From the sequence record OP079919.1: a stretch of DNA of 64,000 nt. One strand, given 5' to 3'. Shown piece after piece: positions 35,116-44,900 of this stretch (within the stretch, counting starts at the first letter, position 1; every line of letters starts with the position of its first letter). The notes under the pieces were generated by a model that had not been told where the DNA came from, did not search any database, and was given only the letters and a program-made list of their open reading frames with translations. The position numbers and the translations under genes are program-made. This DNA comes from Klebsiella phage KPN8.

Positions 35116-35790
35116 ATGGGTAACAGAAAAGCTGCCGAAGACGTTATTTTGGATTTCGTGGGTAAACTCACTAAAGGTGGGTTTAACCTGAAGGTCTATA
35201 CCGACCTTTTTAAAAACATGAACGACGCTCAGTTTGAACAGTTTATCGATAAGATCGATAAACAAGGTGGTATGCCGCTATGGACATCCAACTGGGATAA
35301 GAACGAGCACATCGAATACGACACTGTCCTCGGACTAGCCAAAGAATACGGGGTGGAACTCGAGACCCAACTCATTATCACCGACGAAGACACTGGTGTA
35401 GAACTCATTACACCAGAAACTTATTTGGTTGGGATAGCCGAGATCCGTAAACAGCGTCAGATGCTCGTCAAAAAGTTTGGTGCTGCTAAAGACGACACCA
35501 GCACCGACGACTTAACGGGTCAGGTCGTTGGCGATAGCCGAGGGACGGGTATTTCCTCCCCAGAGATTAAGATCCTTATGGCGCTCGGGCTCAACACCGT
35601 GGCAAAAGAGATCTACGATGTCAAAGGCGGTGATGAAAAGGCATTGGACGTTTACAGAACAGAACTCATGGAGACTGGATCAACTAACGTTAACAACGCC
35701 TTGAAGCGGGGCAGTGGCGTCAAATCCCTTCAGACCACCCACTATCTGTTTAACGCCCGACACATCGAAAACAATATCGATAAGAGGTAA
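35116..35790 (+). CDS. hypothetical protein
   Basis: 224-aa ORF. Confidence 0.5.
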   Translation: MGNRKAAEDVILDFVGKLTKGGFNLKVYTDLFKNMNDAQFEQFIDKIDKQGGMPLWTSNWDKNEHIEYDTVLGLAKEYGVELETQLIITDEDTGVELITPETYLVGIAEIRKQRQMLVKKFGAAKDDTSTDDLTGQVVGDSRGTGISSPEIKILMALGLNTVAKEIYDVKGGDEKALDVYRTELMETGSTNVNNALKRGSGVKSLQTTHYLFNARHIENNIDKR

Positions 35791-35792
35791 CG

Positions 35793-36221
35793 ATGGAACA
35801 CATCAATCGAGCTGTAGAAGTCTGGGCTCAAGAATTTGCTACGCTGGCAGAAATCGACGAGCTCAAAGTTCTGCAAGATGCGATCAGTAATGCGATCATT
35901 ACGAAGAGCATCCTTTCTTTTGACGAAGGCGTTTCTGAGCTCGAGCAAAGTTTATCCGCCCAGCCGGAGTACTACGATCAAATCCATGGTGTGATCTTCC
36001 GGCTATTGGCTGAGGTTCCTTTGGATAAGCTTAAAGCTGAACTTAACGAGATCGTTACGGAAATGAATGAAACGGGGTATTTCAAACACTTACGCCCCAC
36101 TCTGGATACTCCGATGGATGTTTTCTGTTTCGTTTTAAAGATCTACTACAAACAGATCATTGCAGAGCTGGGCCGGCACATTCAAATCCCTACGAAGAAA
36201 ACTCGCCCTACCAACGTGTAA
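35793..36221 (+). CDS. hypothetical protein
   Basis: 142-aa ORF, 2-nt spacer. Confidence 0.5.
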   Translation: MEHINRAVEVWAQEFATLAEIDELKVLQDAISNAIITKSILSFDEGVSELEQSLSAQPEYYDQIHGVIFRLLAEVPLDKLKAELNEIVTEMNETGYFKHLRPTLDTPMDVFCFVLKIYYKQIIAELGRHIQIPTKKTRPTNV

Positions 36222-36230
36222 AGGATTCTC

Positions 36231-36929
36231 ATGAACACGCTTAACGTTTACACCGAACTCGATTCACTTTTTGATTCCCGGCGTGCGACTTTGGAATCAC
36301 TCCTCCCTAGTAATGAAACCTGGGAAGGTGTTTACGCCAAGCAGTATAAAGAACGTAAGCTGGATCTATTCGAACGAAAAGAACTCGGGATAACCCAATC
36401 CATTTACGAACAGGCTTATGACAAAAGAGACCTGTCTTTATTCACCAACATCAAACCGACTCAAGTACTGAGCAAGCTCCTGCTGTTAGTACTGGATAGC
36501 GAACAACTGGTCGGTAAACCAATCGCTTTAAACGTCGTCAATATCACCATTAATCTTTATCCCTACGATCTTGACGAAGATTTGGTTAACGAGTTAGAAA
36601 AAAATATCAAACAAGCTTTGGTTTTCAAAAACGAACTCACTTTTGTTTCCAAGCCTCCTACCGAACTGGACGCAAGGTATTTTAAAAACTTCGATAATGT
36701 TTTTAAATACGACATCCTGATCGGTAAAGATTCTAAAACGTTCATGGAATCCTTAGCGAAAACTCCTATTAAAGACACGAAGTTCTTCGTACCGGATCTT
36801 TACGTTAAACAACCGGATAACGGGATCGTTTGCTCCCCTGAAGAACTTGTTGAAAGTTTTAGTTTAGTGCTTGCGCCAGCGCTTACATTACTTTGCGTCC
36901 GACATAGCGTTTATGATTACATGGAATAA
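36231..36929 (+). CDS. hypothetical protein
   Basis: 232-aa ORF ending at a bidirectional hairpin. Confidence 0.5.
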   Translation: MNTLNVYTELDSLFDSRRATLESLLPSNETWEGVYAKQYKERKLDLFERKELGITQSIYEQAYDKRDLSLFTNIKPTQVLSKLLLLVLDSEQLVGKPIALNVVNITINLYPYDLDEDLVNELEKNIKQALVFKNELTFVSKPPTELDARYFKNFDNVFKYDILIGKDSKTFMESLAKTPIKDTKFFVPDLYVKQPDNGIVCSPEELVESFSLVLAPALTLLCVRHSVYDYME

Positions 36930-36931
36930 CA

Positions 36932-36966
36932 GGAGAGAGGGCAATGCCCTCTCTCCCATTTTATAC
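36932..36966. terminator. bidirectional hairpin terminator
   Basis: 12-bp stem GGAGAGAGGGCA/TGCCCTCTCTCC between convergent genes. Confidence 0.65.
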
Positions 36967-37455
36967 TGATGGCTTAACAATTTCACCTTCAAAGTCAACT
37001 GATATGGCGCCCATATCAAGTTCTTTGTCTTTGATCCTGCCGATATCGGCGAGTTGTGAAAGAGGAACATTAGGATCCAGGAAGGTAGGTTGACCTGGCG
37101 CGAAACTAGGAAGTTTTAATTCACCGGTGCTTAATGACTGAAGTGCGTCGACCATTTGTTTGAATGAAACTTTATTGTCTTCATTCTCTTTTTTCTTCGC
37201 ACGTTCTTTTCGATCATCCCTTACTGATTTTTCAAGCTGAGTCAGCAAGGAGGAGATCGCTTCGAGTAGTTTAGGATCACCTGGTTTATTGGAGTAAGCC
37301 ATAGAGGCGATGTCCAGTATCATACTACGGTGCGACTGCACTGCCTGAATGAGCTGAGTCTGTTCAATATCTTCGTCAGTCGGATGGAGAGCAGCATTGA
37401 TTGCAGACATCACCTTTTCTATCCGTATCTGAACGGGTGCTTTTTCGTCCATCAT
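36961..37455 (-). CDS. hypothetical protein
   Basis: 164-aa minus-strand ORF, divergent from the 37526 gene across a 70-bp gap. Confidence 0.5.
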   Translation of the reverse strand: MMDEKAPVQIRIEKVMSAINAALHPTDEDIEQTQLIQAVQSHRSMILDIASMAYSNKPGDPKLLEAISSLLTQLEKSVRDDRKERAKKKENEDNKVSFKQMVDALQSLSTGELKLPSFAPGQPTFLDPNVPLSQLADIGRIKDKELDMGAISVDFEGEIVKPSV

Positions 37456-37467
37456 AATTTTTTAAAC

Positions 37468-37484
37468 CTACATTATCAAGGTAG
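37468..37484 (+). promoter_or_regulatory. CTACATTATCA(A/T)GGT element (copy 2)
   Basis: aaacCTACATTATCAAGGTAGt sits in the divergent gap, 42 nt upstream of the ATG at 37526. Confidence 0.4.
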
Positions 37485-37525
37485 TGGAATAAATAAAATG
37501 TTTTTAGCCCTTAGGGAACGTTAAC

Positions 37526-38119
37526 ATGCTTAAGAAATTTTTCAACTGGCTGGGGTTTAAAAGCAAATCGATAGGTAAGGCAGATACCCCGTTAGACGTC
37601 ATAGAACGCATCAGGGAAGGCTTTCTTCCTAAGAACATGCGAAGCTTAGATAAACCGTTGTCTCTTCTATACGATTTAATTAAGACGCTTCCTGAGCTGG
37701 AATACAATGATTATAAAAAGTTACAGCGTAACACAGTTAAGGTTAGATCGCTGAGTTCGTTAGACATGTTCCATCTTTTAAAATCATCAGTTTTATCCAG
37801 CCAAGCGGAATATATGGATGCGGTGCAACGTTTAAATAGCGTCGCTACTGAAAGGCCCTTTCTTCATTGGTACTCTGGAGAGGAAAGCGCTGTCGCACTT
37901 AACGAATTGTTTTTAAAACTTCTACCTAAAATAATCCTTTTCCACCAACTTAACAACCAGAGTACATTTCAGCAGAATGAAGACATGGGTGGATTTACGA
38001 ATATCGAAATCCGGTTCTTTAGTTCTGTTCAGCTAAGATATATGGTCGAAGACTATATTAGCATGTTGGAAGTGTTACTCTCACATCATTTTGGAGGCTC
38101 GGTTGAAGAAGCCCACTAA
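37526..38119 (+). CDS. hypothetical protein
   Basis: CCTTAGGGAACGTTAACATG start context. Confidence 0.5.
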   Translation: MLKKFFNWLGFKSKSIGKADTPLDVIERIREGFLPKNMRSLDKPLSLLYDLIKTLPELEYNDYKKLQRNTVKVRSLSSLDMFHLLKSSVLSSQAEYMDAVQRLNSVATERPFLHWYSGEESAVALNELFLKLLPKIILFHQLNNQSTFQQNEDMGGFTNIEIRFFSSVQLRYMVEDYISMLEVLLSHHFGGSVEEAH

Positions 38120-38519
38120 ACATCCCGTAGAACTTGAAATCTCTAAGTTGTCCAATAACTCATGTGCCGACAGTGATCTGGCCGACGAGCCCGCAAGGTT
38201 ATTCCGTAAGCTTTTACGTAAACTTAACATGAATGTTGACAAGCTCTGTTTGCTTATGAACGAATATGTTAAGTGGACCGTAACGGGAGAGGACGAGGCT
38301 GAAATCAGAAAAAGACGTTCCTACACAATGGGGAACATTAAGGATACTTACTTTAAGAACCCCACACTGACTTTCAGTAAACTTATCGAGGGATTAAGTA
38401 TCCTGAGAATGAGCAAAGTGGAAGTTATCCTACGGGTCTATGATAAGAAAGGTAACATGACCGAGGTCTCAGAAACTGTGAGAATCATCAGTAGCCCCGA
38501 CGACAAAAAAGACGATTAA
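38091..38519 (+). CDS. hypothetical protein (start uncertain)
   Basis: Tracked ORF starts at TTG overlapping the previous gene by 29 nt; first ATG is about 45 codons in; terminator follows. Confidence 0.35.
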   Translation: MEARLKKPTKHPVELEISKLSNNSCADSDLADEPARLFRKLLRKLNMNVDKLCLLMNEYVKWTVTGEDEAEIRKRRSYTMGNIKDTYFKNPTLTFSKLIEGLSILRMSKVEVILRVYDKKGNMTEVSETVRIISSPDDKKDD

Positions 38520-38531
38520 TCTTATAGCCCG

Positions 38532-38580
38532 AATACTCCTACCTTAGGGTAGGAGTATTTAACCCTATTATTTATTTTTT
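38532..38580 (+). terminator. intrinsic terminator (CTCCTAC family)
   Basis: AATACTCCTACC-tta-GGTAGGAGTATT followed by a T-rich tract. Confidence 0.75.
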
Positions 38581-38591
38581 AGGATATCGTC

Positions 38592-39710
38592 ATGGACTTA
38601 AATCCCAGCACTATTTTCGACAATATCAATTTTAATTCTCCAGTAGAAGACATCAAAAAAGAAGCGGATACTAAACTCGCTGATTTAAAAGGTAGCGTTC
38701 TTAACCCTATCAGCTCTAGTACCGCAAGGATTAAAGATGGGATCGCCCTGTTAAACAACATGGACACTAAGTTTAAGCAAGCGGTGACGGAATTTAAATC
38801 TGACGTCATGGGCGTCGCCAACAGTATTATCGGTACCCTTCAAGATGGGTACTTCACCATTAATGAATTAGTAAGTATGGTCATAGGTGCTTATACCAGC
38901 CTGACTAATCTTGCTAACATTGGGGACGATCTAAAATCCATACTGGGGACTAACGTCAGCAATATCGACGGGTTCTTAGATCGGTTCAGCAACATCTTCG
39001 TCAACAGCATTAACACGAAGGTAAGAGCTAGCGGGTACAAATCCAACACGGTTAGTAAAGGTGGCGAATTCCTCACCATCACTCAGAGTAATAACAATCC
39101 GTCTTCTCAAGCCATCATCGCAGCGTTGGGCAAGCTGTCAGTAGGTGATCTTCAGGATTCTTACGATAGCTCAGTTTCTACCGCGGTATACAGCACCCTC
39201 TTAGCACAAGCCGTTTCCAGTGGATTGACTTCTTCCTACGCCGATCTTTATAACAAGATCACGGATAAAACCGAAGCCGATAAGGCAGTTGTCTCAGCAA
39301 TAGGTAACGCTCTTGCCAACGGCGATCTGACTTCAATTGAAAATCTCTTAGCGTTGATTACTAACAGCGGAGCGAAACTCACTATTGGTTCCACCTATCC
39401 CAATGCTGCCGAAACTCTGTTAAGTAAATATAAACCTCTGGATTCTCAAGATGTTTCAGATTACCCGGCTATCTCCGAACAGCTGAAAACTATCTTGGTT
39501 CTCTTTGGGGGAGTCAACTGGTGGAAAGTCTACACTTCATTAGGTTGGGTTCCTAATTTACTTATTGCTTCTAAGCTATCAAGCAGTGTCAGGGATATTT
39601 GGATGGAAGACTCTGAACTCTTTGCATTAGTGGCTTGCAAAGGTTTCTTTAAAGAGATGACCGCGCGTAAAGCCTTCTTAACCAACTTTCCACAAACCCC
39701 GATAAGTTAA
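38592..39710 (+). CDS. hypothetical protein, likely virion-associated
   Basis: 372 aa, Ser/Thr/Asn/Gly-rich like phage structural proteins; TTTTTTAGGATATCGTCATG context. Confidence 0.5.
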   Translation: MDLNPSTIFDNINFNSPVEDIKKEADTKLADLKGSVLNPISSSTARIKDGIALLNNMDTKFKQAVTEFKSDVMGVANSIIGTLQDGYFTINELVSMVIGAYTSLTNLANIGDDLKSILGTNVSNIDGFLDRFSNIFVNSINTKVRASGYKSNTVSKGGEFLTITQSNNNPSSQAIIAALGKLSVGDLQDSYDSSVSTAVYSTLLAQAVSSGLTSSYADLYNKITDKTEADKAVVSAIGNALANGDLTSIENLLALITNSGAKLTIGSTYPNAAETLLSKYKPLDSQDVSDYPAISEQLKTILVLFGGVNWWKVYTSLGWVPNLLIASKLSSSVRDIWMEDSELFALVACKGFFKEMTARKAFLTNFPQTPIS

Positions 39711-39760
39711 ATAACTACCGTCTCCCAAAGGGAGACGGTAGTTATAATTAGATCATTTTT
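39711..39760. terminator. bidirectional terminator
   Basis: 16-bp stem ATAACTACCGTCTCCC/GGGAGACGGTAGTTAT followed by CATTTTTTTATC. Confidence 0.75.
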
Positions 39761-41911
39761 TTATCTTGGGAATTGTTGGTGGAAAAGGCGTCCAACATCA
39801 TTTAGGATCGAGTCGTTCACAATACCCGCGATATTACCCGCAGAAACAGACTGACTTATCGAGTTCTTAGCCGTGGTTAATCTCCTTGAGAGTTTGTTCC
39901 ATCTTAAAACGGTATCAAGGTAATCGGAACCGGACAATCTCGTAATGTAGTCGGTATATTTCCCGGTATCGATCAACATCCTGTTAACTGCTTCGGCAGG
40001 GTTCGTCATATCGAGTAAAGAGACTGCCCTGGAGATAGGAAGCGAGACATGTTTCTCTAAATCGACAAAGGAGATATCAACAGTACAGTTCAACGGTTTA
40101 CGGTCTTTCTTCCAACCACCAACACCTTGTCCAAAGGAGATCGTTGCGGAATCGACCATACACGTTCTCATGATGGCACGACTCTTAGAAAAGATCTTAC
40201 ACAGGAAGGGTGATGTGTGAGCTGAAGGACCTGCGCTTAACGGCAGAATGATCGGCATCAATAATGATAACGGAACCCAGATATTCATCAGCTGTGAATA
40301 AGGGTGTGCGTAAGTCGCCTCAAAATAGAAACGATAAGTTTCTTTATGTAGGTTTGCTGACGATTCGGCCCAGTGATCCGGAATGTTGATATAAGAGTTG
40401 TTCATTAACGCCATGGGAATGTTAGCGATCCCTATGGAGTTAATCCCGCCCATAGCAACTTCTTTCAATCCACTAATAACGCCGTCAACAACACCAACAC
40501 CCGTCATTCCTCCGGCTAAATCAAAACGAAGATCGTTAGCCGCCTTTGACATACTGTTGAATTTATCCGCTACAGCAGACTGAGTTGCAGAGCTAGAGAA
40601 GTTATCCGTTACTTCGCCAAGATGTTCTACTCGCCAAGTAATAGCATCTAGACCGCCGTACCAGGAAGTCTTAACGAGATCAGCAACTTGTCCCGCCCAC
40701 GAAGAGTCAGTGACATTATCCGTAGCCGCAGTTAATCTCGCTGTAACGGATTCCAGACTCTCCGAAGCAGAGGAGAACTCACCTTGCCCAGAAGAGGCCG
40801 TGGTGGTCGTTCCGCTTCCGTCAGTATTCATTGACGAAGCATCCGATGGTGCGGCAGTCGCCGTCCCCGTCCCGGTCGTATCCGTGGTAATCGCTTGCGG
40901 GAGTATGCTCGTGTAAGCATCTTGATCGGTAAACGCCGAGGCTTTCTCCGGGTAATACCCTTCTTCTTTAGCACGATATTTACCGGTGGCGTTCAATTCC
41001 TTTTGCATCAACTCATTGACACCATACTGTTTCCCAGAGAGAGTTTCAGCATTGAACTGGATGTTTTTGGCAATATCTGCCATCGCATCGTATTTTTCCT
41101 GGGCGGAGTTAATGGTACGTTCGTTGAGCTTCTCAATTTCGGATAAGAACTTCCGATATTTTCTCGTCCCTAGTGAGACCAGTCGAATAACGTCAATTGT
41201 TCCATCGTCATTGATGCAGTCCGGGAATAATGCGTTTAATCGCGCTATCTCATTATAGTAATTCCCGGCTTCTTCTGGATCAACACCATTGATAGGCGCT
41301 CCTGGTGGTTTCTTAATAGCAAGAACGGGTTTTATAAATCCTTGAGCTGTAGCGACGTCGTTTAAGAAGTTATTAGCTGCAGTCAGGTACATCCCCATGC
41401 TAGGCTTCACATAATAATACTGATTGCGCGGGGTATCCATGAGGAAGTCTAAGAACGTCATCCCGATACTGATCAGCTGGATGGGCCAGAATGCCAAAGT
41501 CCCTAACCCCTGACCGAAATAAAACGCCAGGCTGGGGCTACGACCTTTATTAGCCTGAATAGCCGCTACTGGGTCGAACATGCGTTCTAAGAAAGTCAAT
41601 ATCCCTGTGAATTCCGGAACCCCAACAGTGATGGTAAGAAGAGACGCATTATCGTCATAGATCTTCTTATATTGCGTTCCCATCCCGCCGTATGAGGAAG
41701 ACAAAAATTGGGAATAACGCGGGTCTGTCGCTGGACCGAATTGAGGGACTGGGTTGATGTACCGGTTATCCCCAATCGCGCTACTGAAAAAGTTGTAATA
41801 AAGGTCTTTGTTAAGGTGATCTCGGATAGTGACGTTATCTATCCCAGTGCACATTAATTTGAAAGACTTAGCGATGAGATTTCTATCTCGTAAAGATATG
41901 CTGTTAGCCAC
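39761..41911 (-). CDS. virion structural protein with Thr/Gly/Ser low-complexity linker
   Basis: 716-aa ORF immediately downstream (minus strand) of the giant protein gene. Low-complexity segment TTDTTGTGTATAAPSDASSMNTDGSGTTTTASSGQGE. Confidence 0.55.
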   Translation of the reverse strand: MANSISLRDRNLIAKSFKLMCTGIDNVTIRDHLNKDLYYNFFSSAIGDNRYINPVPQFGPATDPRYSQFLSSSYGGMGTQYKKIYDDNASLLTITVGVPEFTGILTFLERMFDPVAAIQANKGRSPSLAFYFGQGLGTLAFWPIQLISIGMTFLDFLMDTPRNQYYYVKPSMGMYLTAANNFLNDVATAQGFIKPVLAIKKPPGAPINGVDPEEAGNYYNEIARLNALFPDCINDDGTIDVIRLVSLGTRKYRKFLSEIEKLNERTINSAQEKYDAMADIAKNIQFNAETLSGKQYGVNELMQKELNATGKYRAKEEGYYPEKASAFTDQDAYTSILPQAITTDTTGTGTATAAPSDASSMNTDGSGTTTTASSGQGEFSSASESLESVTARLTAATDNVTDSSWAGQVADLVKTSWYGGLDAITWRVEHLGEVTDNFSSSATQSAVADKFNSMSKAANDLRFDLAGGMTGVGVVDGVISGLKEVAMGGINSIGIANIPMALMNNSYINIPDHWAESSANLHKETYRFYFEATYAHPYSQLMNIWVPLSLLMPIILPLSAGPSAHTSPFLCKIFSKSRAIMRTCMVDSATISFGQGVGGWKKDRKPLNCTVDISFVDLEKHVSLPISRAVSLLDMTNPAEAVNRMLIDTGKYTDYITRLSGSDYLDTVLRWNKLSRRLTTAKNSISQSVSAGNIAGIVNDSILNDVGRLFHQQFPR

Positions 41912-41953
41912 GCCGTGTCTCCTGATTGGTGGGGCTTTCGCCCCACCGTATGG

Positions 41954-44900
41954 TTATTTGCTCGTATACCCCATCCTAGGATCTGGAGCTTTCTGGTTCT
42001 GGATTTCTTTAAGCAATTGAGCGAGTAAATCGTTAGTTCTTCCTTGGGCCTGAACTTGAGCCGTTGCGACCGGATCGGGTTGCTGAACCGGTTTAGCCAA
42101 CGGAGTTGGCGGCGCAGAAGTACTTTGCTCAGTGGGGACCTTAACACGATTAAGTGGGTTAGCTGGATCGGATTTGTACGCGACCGATCCCTCACTCACC
42201 GGGGTAGAAGGCACAGCTCCGATAGGTTTAGGTCCTTGATTAACCGACGGAGTAGTAATCGCTGAAACTGCCGCGACACTGTTAGCTGTTCCTACGTTTT
42301 CCGATTTCATCGTAGGTGGTTTGGCGTCAGGGCTGACAGAGGAAACCGAACTCGGAGGAGTTTCCCCAGAAGAGGAAGGCGTCGCTCCAGCATTAGGATC
42401 CACCGTCAACTCATTGGAAGTCAAACGTTTCATATACTGCTGATAAAGTCTTGTCCTCGCCGGCATATCAGGTAAGCCGTTGGGGTTAAGTCCTTGAGCC
42501 GCATATTCAAACGAGTTGTTCTTCACAATGGACTGAAGTCGTTTACCGTTACTGCCGTTAGAGAGGTACCAGATCAAGGTTTTCGCCATGACTTCTGGAT
42601 CAGTAGAAACTAACTCTGGATTCTTAACGAGGTCTTTCCCCACATACTGAGAGGCGGCTCTGAAGTTATCCTTACCCGTAAGCTGAATGAACCCACGGCC
42701 TCTGTAAAGCCATCCGTCGTTAGGACCACTGTTACCCATCCTACCACCATAAACCGCGTTAGCGATGGCCTGAGGACCCCCAGCCACGATCTGCTGAGCC
42801 TGCGCCATGGACTTCACTCTACCTGGGAAAATTTCCAACAACCGACCTGGCTTGTAGTTCATGCCTTCCGCGGTATTTTTAAATCCTCCGCTTTCAAAGT
42901 TAGCCAGAGCCAACATTTCAGCAATAAGACGAGGATCCGTGAAGCCGGCCTTAATCATCTCCTTCATGATTAATTGCTCTGCGGCTTTCTGGGGAACGCT
43001 AACACCTTTGTCTCCACCTCCCGACCCGCCTACCGGAGTGACGCCAGAAAGATCAACTGTCGACGTATCGGTATTACCCGTAATAGGTTTATAGTTGATG
43101 ACTGGCTGACCACCCGCGATGACGTTATCGTCCATTGCAGCAGTCGCAACAGCCTGATTTAATCCACCCTCACCCATTGAGTGAGCCGAGGTATACGGAA
43201 CGACTTCTTTAGGTCCAGAAGCTTTAACTTCTTTATCACCAAAATTCAATTTCGCATTCTTCGCGGCGGTATCGAGGTTATTAACGATTGCTTTAACCTG
43301 AGGTGTGATCGACCCAGAAGTTGTATTAGGGAACGGCGACCATTTAACCTCCCAAACGGAAGTCGGGGTTTTACCGATATTCACTTTGAGCCCTAAAAGC
43401 TCTTTTGCGAAATCAAAAGCGTTAGTGGCAGTCATGGACTTCCAACCCGCGCTTGGTTTCACCCCCCTCATGATCCTCACGTATTTCACCCACGCCATGC
43501 AGACTGGGAGGAAGCGATCCCTGAACCACGTACACCATTGGTTAGCTTGGTCATCGGTTATTCTGAATGAGTTCTTAAAGAGGTTATACACCGCACCTGT
43601 GGTAGAAGTAAATCTTGCATCGTTACCGATTACACTGATGTAATCCTCACAATACCGTTCTAACTTCAACACAGCTTCAACACGCCATGGGATGTGTTCC
43701 GTATCACCGTAGGCTGCTAATCTCAATGCGGTTATCCCGGCCAGAGGTTTATCTCCCCCTGGTAAAAGATCGGTGATGTTAATTTCCATAACCGATTTTG
43801 TTACCGGATAACGTTTATTGATCTCTTCAATATCAGAACGATCCTCGTACGTCCCACCCACTCTCATTTTAAGACTAGACCACCAACCTGCCTTCTCAGA
43901 TTTTTCAACCTGTTCGGCGGAGGTCTTCATGGTCACGACGCCTTCTTTCTCTATCCCCTCAGCTGTTCTTCCGTGTCTTTCGTTAAAGCTTTTCAGTTCG
44001 TCCAAATACAGCCTAACCTGATTAATGGTTTGGTCTTTACCCATTATAGGCGTGGCTTCATCGAACTGCGTGGCTATCTGATAAGGATAAGGATTGATTG
44101 TCCCTATTCTGTCATTGATGGTGGAGACAGTAGAGTACAATTTAGCGTCGGTCGATTTATCGAACGTCTCAAAATCCCTGTACCCCGCGGTATCGATCGC
44201 AGAAGCATAAGTCAGGAAAATAGGTTTGAAACGAAGATTAAACCAAGTGAAGTAAGCCTGCTGCTGGCCCTTGTCATTGGCTTGAGGTATGAAGCTTTGG
44301 AATATCTGTTCGAGAGGAGCTGATTTAGCTATTGAAGCCACCCCAGCGGTTACGACGACATATTCACGTAATGCTTCTTCGGCAGATCTGATCTTAGCGG
44401 CTAAATCTGACTCGACGTCCTTGATACCATATTGAGCCATACGAAGTTTAAACTGCGACCCTTTGCCTTTGGCGTAATACTTATAGATCAAATACCCGGC
44501 GCCTGCGACCGCCCCAATCCCCAACGTTACTGGATTAAATAACAGAGGGGCGACGGCAGTAGCCAAAGCACCTGTACCCGACACAATAGCCGACCCGGCA
44601 GCACTCGCACCAGAAGCAATAGCTGATCCGATCCCGAGGTTAATCCCCATAGCCGACATGGCGCTAGAACCTAAAGATACTGCTGAGGCTGCAGTAAGCG
44701 TGTTGCTCGCTACATCCTTCCAGTTAGTGCCTTCGTGTTCTTCATTGGTGGCGTCGAGGTACATTCCTAATCCAGCGGTAGCCAAACCCGCTAAGCCGAA
44801 TTTAAATGCTCTTCCTCTACCTACCCTACCACCTCTGGTTCTTCTTCCTCTACGTCTCCCTGAAGCCCCTCCTGCGGCATCAACGATATCGTCAACACCA

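Noticed and set aside
38091-38519. Possible programmed frameshift joining 37526..38119 and 38091..38519.
   Set aside because: The overlap is 29 nt with no slippery heptamer (X XXY YYZ) or downstream pseudoknot-like structure evident. A TTG-initiated overlapping gene is simpler, but the start remains uncertain.
41912-41953. Hairpin GGTGGGGC-tttc-GCCCCACC between the giant gene and the downstream 716-aa gene (minus strand).
   Set aside because: No U-run on the transcribed (minus) strand. It is probably a stability or attenuation element within a co-transcript rather than a terminator, so it was not listed as a feature.
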